A model generated the notes under the pieces. It was not told where the DNA came from, did no database searches, and was given only the letters and a program-made list of their open reading frames with translations. Positions 26,194 to 37,309 of a DNA stretch of 64,000 bases are shown here, in pieces. The stretch spans positions 186,001 to 250,000 of the forward strand of contig BDGG01000005.1 of NCBI GenBank assembly GCA_001949185.1, read 5' to 3'. A program made the translations under genes and the position numbers. The DNA is from Ramazzottius varieornatus. Its lineage: Eukaryota; Animalia; Tardigrada. Each line of letters begins with the position of its first letter. The first letter of the stretch is position 1.

Positions 26194-26938
26194 CAGTGTT
26201 ACTTTCAAAAAGAAAAATTATTTTTCATTGTATAGTTTGTCTCGGGAACATTTCCCAGTTGGCATACGTGTCAGAGTAAGCACCTGTGCGGGTCTCCGCT
26301 GGACCTTAACTTGCAACTACTTCATGGCGCAGACATTTGCATGGTGTAATGTGACAACTGACAAGGGGTCCTAGCACAGAACTGTAGATACCGGTTATCG
26401 AACAACGGGGCAAATCTGATCGTGGTATCGGTGTTGATTTCTAAAATGGATCTCGTGTGACATGTCCGAGCACATGCTGGGCAGGCCTTGACATGGGACA
26501 GTTACAGAGGCGACCTTGACTAAAAGTAGTTGTTGCACTTCCTGATGAGCCTGAAACTGGTATTTGCACTGGCTAATACCCAATGAAAGGCCGAAATTAA
26601 GAGTAACATACGATCGAGTTTTAGTTAGGATCGTCCGCCATCATCATTAGACTCGCTTGGTATAACTTTGCATCTGGTCCAGCATGCCGGCAGAACTGAT
26701 ATTCCTCTGTCTCTGGATGGGCATCCAGAGCGGTGAAGTACCTTGTGGCTAGGTTCGCCGAAGCGCTATCGCCACATAAAATATTTTATGGCTCGTTTGG
26801 AACGATAACCTATCCATGCCTTTCCTGCGCATTCGATTTTACCAGGCATCCGTGTGTTTCATTTGGACCGCTGCTTCGAACATCTCACTTGGTGCGAGAG
26901 GAACTCGGATCCTGCGGCTGCTCCCAGATAATTTATGA

Positions 26939-27478
26939 ATGAACTGGTACCCGGCAAGATACAGGATGGACACCGATTTTACATTTTGGCTGGTCTTGTC
27001 AATGCTGATATTCCTTGTCACAACATCCGTCATTGTCCTAATCCGCGCATGCATCGGCGATCGCTGTCGCTGTTTGCATTCCATACCTGGTGCACCATGG
27101 AGCACAGCAACAGCAGAACGTCGACGTGCAGCTAGGAACTCAATTGTCTACATTGTATCTCCCCAGTTCCTGACGCATACCGCAACCGGAAGTCTGGCTG
27201 GACGTCAGAGGACCGTCTTCCGAGAACTTCCGCCCACGGATGGGACCAGCTACAGTGGACTTTGCTCAACGCCTCCTCCGGCCTACACACCTCCACCCGC
27301 CTACCATACTCTCTTTCGTAGTTCTCGACATCGGCGCAAATCAGCCATGTCGGAACAGTCCGACTCTTCGAGGGCACCCGCAAATCAAGGCGTCAGTGTA
27401 CCCATCGCGGTTCAGACGGGACGTGAAGGCCAAGAAGTCAGCGTCGTCATTGTCGAAGCCACCACTAACTGGCTTTAA
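26939..27478 (+). CDS. Small single-pass membrane protein with tandem PPxY motifs (putative NEDD4-family adaptor)
   Basis: N-terminal TM helix (FWLVLSMLIFLVTTSVIVLI), juxtamembrane Cys residues, PPPAYTPPPAY. Confidence 0.7.
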   Translation: MNWYPARYRMDTDFTFWLVLSMLIFLVTTSVIVLIRACIGDRCRCLHSIPGAPWSTATAERRRAARNSIVYIVSPQFLTHTATGSLAGRQRTVFRELPPTDGTSYSGLCSTPPPAYTPPPAYHTLFRSSRHRRKSAMSEQSDSSRAPANQGVSVPIAVQTGREGQEVSVVIVEATTNWL

Positions 27479-28132
27479 ACTTCTCTATAAACTCATTATC
27501 CTTTGGTATTGATCCTTTGAACTGTGATGTAATGGTTTACTTAACTTAATTTCCGCCTCGGGCATGGCGATATAGCTTTCGGCACATATCGCGAAATTTC
27601 ACGAATAAATTTCCAGTGCATGGTGGTATCTCATTACTATAGGCCAAAAAGCAAAACAGCAATTGAGAGTTTCTTGAGGGCAAATCATTATATAGGGAGC
27701 TTTGCTTTATATAGTTTTTGTCAACTTCTCTGTGAGGTTTACTCAAAGCATCAAGCGCGCTACTCTACTTTCCGGTCGGTCAGTTTTCCACGCCAAGAAA
27801 ACTGGGAGGTTCGCCGTGGTAATTCATGTGACATCGTGTCGTCGGGATCTTTCAAACCACGCTCATAGCAGTCGGTATCCCGACCTTATGCTGCTGCGGT
27901 TGCTGTGAGATCCAGAACCACACGTATCCAGGCCAAAGTCAAGCGCATTGCAATCTGACAGTGAGTGAAGCAGTATTACAGTTTCTTGGATTGCCAGTGA
28001 CGATCCTTTGCGAACAGTCATTACAAGCTTCCTTGGTTTACCGTCCGCCGTTTAGTTTGACTGAAGAGCTTTATAGAACTTGCACGAATCCTCTATATTC
28101 TAGTTTTGCGCGTTGGGTTTGAAGACTGCAAA

Positions 28133-30902
28133 ATGTCCAGCCCAATGGAGAGTGAAATACATGAAAGGCAGACTAGCACCACCCTGTTGACAGCATCTTC
28201 GCGCAGTGCTCCACCGAAGCCCCCGAAGCATTTCGAACAGCAGCCGAAACAGCAACTTCGTGTCGCGCAGAAGTTTGCGCCAAAGGATGAGCTATCGAAT
28301 GAAGCTCAGGCTAGGGGAGCTAGTTACAGGATGGCGGCTCCGGATCCCGAACCCGACTGCAGTGTTGATAAGGAGGGTGAGTTCTCCCATTGCAATTAAA
28401 GCTTGGGTGTAGCCCTGTGCTGCCGCCTGTCTGGTCGAGTCTTCCTTTGATTTCTTGATGACTCACAGCGGCTAACGCAATGGCTTCGAAGCCTTCGATT
28501 CGCAATAACACCGCATTTACTCATCGACTGCAGTTTTCGCGTGATGTTCTTCGACTGAAAACGTATTTGGTACAAAAATTTACTGTCAGTTCCTGACATG
28601 AGCGGTATTCTCAAGTACGACTATCAGTAATGATTTCTTGGTTGTCTTTAGGTGAAGCCAGCCAGTTCATGGACGATGGAGACTACAGCTCGTCGACTAC
28701 TAGTAACCGTATCCTGACGGCAGTTCGCGACGCCGCCACCGCCAACAAGCAGCTTCCGGTCCCTGTCTACTCCATCCAGCAAGAACTCAAAGCCGTACAC
28801 CCGTTTACCCGCCTGAAAGGCGATCGACTGCTGAAATGCTTGGAACGCGAAGTACAGAATGGTCGTCTGCAGAAAACCGCAGGAAGTTGCTATACACTAG
28901 CCGTGCAATTGGTTACTTCGGATACGGCCAATGCAACACCCAGTAGAACTTCCAGTCTCCGACTTTTCAGTAAACGCCAACGGACTTCCAGACGGTTGTA
29001 TACCGATTACTCTCCACCGCAACGTCGTTCGTCAAAAGCTAGCGGAAGTCAGTGTGCTTCACATAGTCAAAGTCCCAGCGATGTGGACGAAGATACCTCC
29101 GATCACACCGAACCACCCACTATGTCGAGCAATCCAGAAGCCCCATTCGAGATCGACGCACACAAGGTCGATGATAAAGATCAGACAGACAGCACAGTTC
29201 GCAAGGTACTTTGGCTCCCTGTGGTTCGAATTGCACATATATGTTATGCTTGCCTTCAGTGTTTTTCTTCCAGTCTTCGAGGGTTCGACATCAACCCAAG
29301 AAACTCCAGTCCCTGAACCATATGGCAACACAACGCAGAGCAAGGAAAAGAGCCCGTTGCCATATTTCCAAAAGCTTGTGCTCCGAGTGTCAATCAGACA
29401 CTACGCCTCATGATGACGACGCAGAAGGACTCCTGCTGAAGTGTGCGAAGTGCAAATATGCAGGTAACCTTCCTTCCCAAGTGAAAGTGTTTGGTCGTGT
29501 GAAAGCTTCATGCGGGATGTTTTTGTTTGCAGTACACAGAAGTTGTTCGGGCTTTCATGAGAAGACATGGAAGAAGCTACAAGAGGGTATACACCACTGT
29601 CTCGAATGTAAGAGGTGTTCCGGATGCGATGCAGGAAAATGCGGCGACACGGTGAGTTCGAAACGAGCTTTCCTGATGTCTTCCGTAACGCTTCGAAATG
29701 TGTTTCCACAAGTTCGTTCGTCTCATAGGACACGGTTTTATGTATCGAGTGCGATAGGATGTTTCACTATGATTGCCATATGCCGAATGTCAATGACGCT
29801 CCCAACGGTATGACGTTGTGTGTTCGACAATAACAACAGATTAATGTTTCCCTGCCGGCGACCGCGTGATGCCCTGGCGCTAACCCAGCGACAGCCGATA
29901 TCACGTGATCACTGGCAAGGAAGCATCTTGTTATTGTAGACCTTTTTCCTCCGTGAACCCTTATACAGTAGTAACCTCAAGAATCAAGACGACTGCACCT
30001 ATTTATTTGCAGGCTGGACCTGTTCGAAATGTCGACCGTCGTCTGCGACACCTTTTGTCCGCCCAGCGTCGCCGGCATTGCTTGAACCGAACGAGAGGAC
30101 TAGTCTACCTCCTCCCAGTCGAGCTTTGCCTGTCATAAAGATTAGCAATGAGGGCGGCAGAACAACGGTCCTCAAATACTATCCTGAGAATGAAAACCGT
30201 GCCAAAACAGACCGTACGCGTTCTACCTCTTTCTCTCGTACAACTCTGAAAAATTTTAACTGGGCCAGAATTATGTTTTACAGTGGATACCAGTTCAGTA
30301 TACAACAGAATCGTCAAGGCTGACAACACGGGACTGAATACGACACCATCTTCCGGGACTTCGAACATACCGCCCTATCCACTGGACGCATTCCTGTCTC
30401 ACATGACGAAGACCTTCCCCACGTTTGCCGGACACACTAAGTCGATGTATGTAGTTTATACCCTCTTTTGGTCATCTGTCTATGTATGATTTTGGTGTTC
30501 TTTGCAGCGATCCAGAACTAGGCGACCTCAAAGATTTAACAGTGTACCAAATTCTCAGCAAAAAAACAGACTCAGGCAGCCATCTGGACAATTCAAAAAC
30601 CACAGCGAAAAATGTCAATAAAATAGAAACATGGAGTTCAGAGTTGATAGCCGAAAGCTTGAAGAAGAAAGGACACGAAGAGTTTGCTGACGTCATAAGG
30701 AAACATGTAAGGACTAAAATCAGTAAAGTAGAAACTTCAAATTGTGAACGAGTACTGTATAGCGTTTTCGTTTTAGATGATCGATGGCCAGTCCTTACTC
30801 CATTTAGTCCGAGACGACGTAGTGAACCGGTTCGGTTTGTCTTTGGGACCTGCTGTGAAGATGTGGAGAGAGCTTTGTGATTTTGAGTCTTGGTTAGACT
30901 GA
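28133..30902 (+). CDS. Chromatin protein: putative winged-helix, double PHD finger (DPF), C-terminal SAM domain
   Basis: Spliced CSEC...CAKC...HRSC...CLECKRCSGC...|LCIECDRMFHYDCH...|GWTCSKC gives two PHD fingers. IETWSSELIAESLKKKGHEEFADVIRKH|MIDGQSLLHLVRDDVVNRFGLSLGPAVK is a Ph/SAMD1-type SAM. RILTAVR...LEREVQNGRLQK...CYTL looks WH-like. Confidence 0.8.
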
Positions 30903-30952
30903 CTTCTTTTGACTGAATCTTTGTGCGTTTTCGCCTTTGACGTTGACTGGTT

Positions 30953-33026
30953 TTAGTGGGCTCTCTTGGTCAGTTTGACTTGGATTCCGTTGACCGGTCT
31001 CATGATAAGTTCTCCATGCACTTGCATTTCCGCCGGAGTTTCAATGGACTCAATGCGGAAGTGACGTAGCAGAGTCGACAGTATCACTTTTTCTTCCATC
31101 AGAGCAAATTTCTGACCTGTACATATTTGCACCATTGAGTAAAGTTTACCTGTTGAAAGTACGCGTATCTATTATATGCCACATTTACCGATACAGTTCC
31201 TGGGTCCCGCAGAAAACGGCACATAGTCGAAAGGACTTATTTTCTGAGTCAAGTCAGAGTTCTCGAGGAACCTTTCCGGCAAGAAGCTGTCCGGCTCTGT
31301 GTAGACATCTGCAGAAAAAAACCGTTCTGTGGAAGAAAACACGTTCTACTGGTCAACAGCATGCGAAATACCTGGATTGCGCTGTATGGTGTAGATATTA
31401 AGATTTATGGTGCATCCTTTGGGGATAACAAGTGAACCTGTAGTCAAGGAGAAATATATCAGATAGACGTACAGAACTTTTTCATAATAACAAACGACAC
31501 TCGGGACGGATTCGATGATCGGTTTTACCACTGGTTATGTCTTCTGGGCATTTTCGCGAGATCATGGGGACCGATGGATAGAGCCTGAGCGTTTCCTTTA
31601 TCACGGCTTCCAGGTACACCAGCTGCTTCAGATCGTCGTTCGTGACTGGTTTGTCGCCGTTGCCCAAGACGTGCAACACCTCCTCGTATGCTCTGTTCTG
31701 CACTTCCGGGTAGCACCCGAGTAAGAAGATGGCGAACCCTGCCGCTGCACCCGTAGTGTCGTGCCCCTCAAACATGAACGTGTCCACTTCTTCGCGGATG
31801 CTTAGATTATCGAGCGGTTCGCCATCTTCGGTCTTGGCCGTCAATAGCATGTCCAGAAAGGCTAACCGCCGAGAAGCTGTCTCCTTACGGTCTTCTGTTA
31901 GGTTCTTCGAGAGGGCTGCTTGGCGCTCTAGGATGACAGAGTCCGTGAAGTCGTGAAGGCGTTTCAAGGTTGTTTCCAGTAGTTTGCCAGGACCGATGGT
32001 GTTGTAGATGAAGTCGTATCGCCAGTGAGGTTTCACCATCCGGTCGAATATCATTTCGGTAGATCTGGAAAATGCAAAAGACGAGGTCAGATGGCAACGT
32101 TTGATTTGGTCAATGTTTACACTAACCACATGGCCAGAATGTTGTGTTATGATTCCACTCGGCACTTACCGGTATACGGCTTGGACGTAAGAAGAATCCG
32201 CTCGAGTCTGCGCATGAATAGTCCTACCCATCGCTGTTTCTATACGTGAGAAAAAGGATAGACAGAAGTGCTACAGGCTTCAGAGTTCAGACACCGCGAA
32301 GCCGGAGCTAACGTACCGCATATTATATCCAAAGTACATCTGAAAATATAGGGAGAGATGTCGAAAGACTGGCCGCTGTCGGCTAGCTTGGACAAGAGCT
32401 TGACCATAACGAGGCTCTGTTCGTAAAACACAGCCGTGAAGCCATCTAGGATCTGGAAATGGAAGGCAGGTGTCAGGAACTTTCTCCTCGACTTCCATTT
32501 AGGACCGGTGCTGGTGAGCAGTCCAGTGGCGAGCCTGCCGGAACAAACATTGCGTTATTATTCCACCATGTCGTCATCTGGAAAGGGCTTCCCGGTTCGG
32601 CTTACCAAGGCTGGAAATAATCATAGTCGTGACTTTTTTCGATGAATCTCATACTGCTGAAGACGACTTCGGCTACGGAGCCCTTCGTAATGACAACATA
32701 TGGAGCAGGTCCCATCCAAAGCTTGAACATTCCATGGAGCCTCCCGAACGCGTTATTGCACACCTGAATTTGCTTGAAAAATCCTACAAGAACGGTTGCT
32801 GTTTTCGGTGGAACTGGTACCAACTAGACCGTATGGCAGAAGCTGATCTCTTACCTAGATGGTCCACCTTCAGAAACAAGTCAGAGTTCCCTACAGGGTA
32901 GAAAAATCCGGGCGGTCCAGGGATCTGCTTCATAATGCGTATCATGCGAGCGGTTTTCTTCATCCATTTCCATACTGATAAGAAGAAAACGCCCAGAACC
33001 AGAAGGGCAATCACGAGCGAGTACAT
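30953..33026 (-). CDS. Cytochrome P450, CYP4 clan (CYP4C/4V-like), multi-exon
   Basis: N-terminal TM helix plus [33 protein letters not shown] and heme motif [10 protein letters not shown]|QKFA. Confidence 0.95.
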
Positions 33027-34717
33027 CGCCAAAGTTCACTGAGACTGCGCGGTCCACGCCAGACGAACTTCCACCCAGGTCCTTCCAAAGAGCCACGAGA
33101 AGTCAGAAAAAATTCAACTCGAATGCTGTCTTGGACTTTCAACGGGAGAGAAAAAATCAATATAGACGTAGAATACATGTGGAAGGTAGTGCCTTGTGGA
33201 GGTCGCAGATAACGCAAGTCAAGTCCCATAAGAAACGTTCAAATGCTGTAGGGGGAATTACCAGTTGTACCAAATTGCACAGTCTCTTCTGGCGAGGTTC
33301 GGTAGCCGGTCTAATCTGACATGGCTTTATCTTCGCGGCGTTGTAACCGGTCTCGCACGCGTCCGATTGGGTTACCTAGATGGACTTCGGACGTTTCAAA
33401 ACTGTAAGGAATTGGATAAGTCTATGCACTCTTGCAGTATGAACTGCCACTCTATTTCAGACTGCGAACAACGAGGTGAGAAAGGAGGAAAGTATCCGAT
33501 AAGATTTGTTTATCTCAAAAGTGCGCTTCGTTCGGTCGCCGGATTTTCAAACAATGTTCCAAAGAGTTTACACCCTGAGTGCGCCAACTGGCTTAGTACC
33601 ACCTATCATATCACGTTTTTCTCGACGCGATTGTTGCTCGGCTTTGAGATCAATTTTCCTTGATTCAACATCCTGTTTGCTACCTCCCCAAAAATTACTG
33701 GTTGAAAATCGGTTTACAAAAAGTCCGAATCAAAATTAAACTAGGGGAGGCGAACTGAAAATTACAACGACTTTAGCAAAATTTTGGCCGTTTTCGGAAA
33801 TTATTTCTTCAGTTCTCTGCTGTCGTCTCAGTTCTGTTGATGGAAATAACTAGGAATAAAAGTGACCTACAGGAAAGTGGTTGCAGAAGACGAATGTAGT
33901 GTTCTGGAAAAGATCTAGGAATTTTTCCACCAGAGGAAGTTTCTCTGCAAAATGTAGACTTTGGCGGTCTTAGTTCTGTTGTCAAGTTAGTTCAGAACTT
34001 TCCCGCTCTTTCTTCATTTTTTCTGACTACCACGTGAGTGTGAGTTTGTTTACGTCAGTCTGGGGATAAAAACTCCCACCCCGAACTTTTGCAGACAGCG
34101 TTTTACCTGCTGTGGTACGTCTTCCCCACCGGAAGTCATACTGTCCAACTTTTTCGAACTATTTCCCATTTACAATAAGAAGTATCATAGCTCAGTCGAA
34201 GCAGCTTTAAAAGTTGCACGGAACGTGTGGAAGCATGAATGCTAGGGTCGTACTCTGAATTTTTCCTCGCCGAAGTGCTAGGTGGAAGCAAGTTGGCGCA
34301 CTCAGGATGTATAACGCCAATTCACACCACGTAAGTGTATGTAACACGATTGCTGCGCTAACACGCCGAAGCTTTTGGCTACAGCGTGAAAAAAGTGTCG
34401 AAGACCATAAATATTATACATACGTATCCGATTTCGTGTGCGATATGGATGAGTCGATTGCTTAACCAAAGGACGCCTGAAATTGTTCCAGACTCTACTT
34501 TCGGCCATAGGAATCTCCAAACCACTGCCAAACGGACGTAGGGCCAACTCTTCCGCACATAACCTTCCACGGCAGAGGAAACCTTGGAAAATCAAAAGAA
34601 CTAGAAAAAACAGTCTATTGGGTGCACGTACACCCAGGGTATAAATCCTTCTAGGCCGCAGAAAGAAGTTCGACATCCAGGAAACACCAGTCCTCCGATT
34701 AGCGTAGTCCAGTTACT

Positions 34718-35306
34718 CTAAGCGCGGGTGGGTGGACTGATTAATATCACTCCGTCCCCACGGACGAAAAGCATCGGAATGGTGCGTTTGGTTTCCTGCA
34801 ACCAGAGAATACAAATTTGCAACAGCTTTTTCTGACGAGCTTTACGGTATGATGATTCAAATTCTATTCCCACCTTGTACATTTCCTCGTAGGTTTCAGA
34901 ATCGACTTCCGTCACTGTGATAGTCTCATGCACGTCCCCGAGGATCATGTTGAGATGTTGGTCGTACGCCTGGATTACCAATAGCAAAATCAATACACTA
35001 ACACGAAGCCAGATCGATCACGAAGCCGCTTCGTGTGTTCAGCATATATTCGAGGTGTAAATTTTTCTTACGAAGAGTGTGCCTGTAAGCTCACGGTCAT
35101 GTCTCATCTTGACATAAATCTTCTCGTCCAGGCATAGTCTGACCAAGTCCAAGGGCTCTTCGACCGTCGCTTCCTGAAAGAAAATGTCTGTATAAGCATA
35201 CGATGCTTCACTGAGGTGTCAGTGTAGTTAGTAGCACGATATTCAAGACTGACAGGTGAAGAAAATTAACCTGAACGTGATCGCCGGCTCCTTCAGATGT
35301 CGCCAT
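34718..35306 (-). CDS. LSM3: U6 snRNA-associated Sm-like protein LSm3, 4 exons
   Basis: [12 protein letters not shown]|[29 protein letters not shown]...|[13 protein letters not shown]...|[19 protein letters not shown]. Confidence 0.96.
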
Positions 35307-35915
35307 TCCGTGCACCGTGCACGAATGGACTTCTTCAGAGCTGACGTACTGGTGCTGTAAGCTAGTGGTCAGGTTACTCGAGGAGATGCCAGCTACCAAA
35401 CTGGATGCTTCCACAAGGATTAGTTACATGAGAACAGTCATGTACAGTACAGGCGGACTCTGGTGAAAAGAGAAGACGAAGAAGATGATCACAAGTTAGC
35501 TACAAACGAATCTGAAAATGTTCAGGGGAAAATGAATTCAAACGTGACCCTCGCCCTCAGCCAAGTGAGCCAACCTTAGCGCAGATACGGCACACCCCAT
35601 TTTTTGGGGGGTGAGGGTTAACCCAGTTAAAAAATTTTTGACGTTTTGGGAATCAGAGTTTTCCTTTGTTATGGTTTTCCCTTGGTGATCACTGATCGCG
35701 TGCGCATTGCTCCCCTCAGTCGTCAGCTCATCTTCCGGTTTCCCCAAGTTGACGTCCGAAGAGGAAGGAGACGCTCCGTAACACGTTGTTGTCTTGCTTG
35801 GGAGATGCGCAGATGTCCATAGTATTTGCATGAGGATTTATTGCGGTGGCCATTGTTCCCGGGAGGAATATCCCTGATATCTATTTACTTCGTTGATTAA
35901 CTTCCAGCCGTAATC

Positions 35916-36665
35916 ATGGCTGAGGGAGACTATGCCGAAGCTCTTAAGTGGAGCCTTAAGAACGGCGATCTGGATCAGCTCAAAGACTTGATCGACAAGA
36001 AGGTGAGAATTTCTCGTGCTCGTCGCGTATATAGGTACTGTGTAATATCATTGTTCCTTGACATTCTTTTGTAGTAATGTCGGATTGATCTCGTTGTAGG
36101 CTATCGACATCAGGAAACCAGTGGATGGCCGAGCACCTATACATTAGTGAGTCTGGAGTACCGTAAACATGCTGCGAAACTTTGTAATTGTCGCTGTGTT
36201 ACGGACCTTATGGTTATTTGTTTCTAGCGCTGCTGACTATGGGCAGAAGGAAGTTATCGAGTACCTGATATCAAAGGGAGCTGACGTTAACGTGAGTGAT
36301 TCCTGAATATGTTGTATAGCAGGTCACGGGAATTTAGTTCGAGGTAGCAAATGGAAAAAATTTGTTATAGGCTGTTGACAAGCACGGAATAAGCGCTCTC
36401 CTTGCAGCGATATGGGAGGGACATACAGACTGTGTTAGATTACTGCTGCAAAAGGTTCGTATTGTAGTGAGCGAATGCGAAAAACTTCAAAAGATATAAA
36501 AAATCGGTATCGCAGAGAGTTGCATGCTGTTCTCTGAGCGCACTTATTATTATGTGTGAAAAGATTTCGTTATAGGGTGCGTCGAAAGACGGAAAGTCGC
36601 CTGATGGTACGTCGTACTTGGACTGCGCGGAAAAGACCGAAATAAAATCCCTTCTCCGGAATTGA
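35916..36665 (+). CDS. MTPN: Myotrophin (V-1 ankyrin-repeat protein), 5 exons
   Basis: Not in the ORF track. Spliced product MAEGDYAEALKWSLKNGDLDQLK...|DGRAPIHY|AADYGQKEVIEYLISKGADVN|AVDKHGISALLAAIWEGHTDCVRLLLQK|GASKDGKSPDG... Confidence 0.95.
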
Positions 36666-37309
36666 CTTCCTGCCTAATTTTCAGGTCAGTGTAGCAAGTT
36701 CGTTCCGCAAAAACCGATTTTTCTACTGATACATTGTCAAAGTATTAATCTTTGTAAATGCATCTTTGAATTCTACTTCTCTTTAAATGTTCCCACCGAG
36801 TGCGGGATTGGCCCATTTTTTGCTCGTTATGTTGTTTGGTCTCTGGAACTGTAGACTTGAGTTTCGTAGTTTCTTTTGTGCTTTGCCGACCTCGAAAGTT
36901 CACATGAAATTTGGCGATATCTCTTCATGGAAGCTCACTTGAAAGCTCCTGGCCATATCAGAGAGATGATCCATCTGTGTACTAGAACACGGCAGATATC
37001 AGGTACATTATGTTGCTCCGGTTAATACTACGTCTCACGAAATGGCGACCCGCAAAATCTTTCAGGCAAAGTTGATTACATTGTAAACAATGCTGCAATA
37101 TGCAAAACACTCTGTGTATTTTGACTGTCGAAATGTTAGCGACTCCTGCATTGTGGCCGGTTACAAAATTATGTTTTCTTTCCATTGTCAAAATCAGTTT
37201 CAAATATTTCAGTCGGAAACGTAGGCTTTCCGTAGATGAAAAACGGAGTGAAACTTGATCAACCTTTAGAATGGAGTAGAATAACCTTACTTCGATTCTT
37301 TGTGGAATT

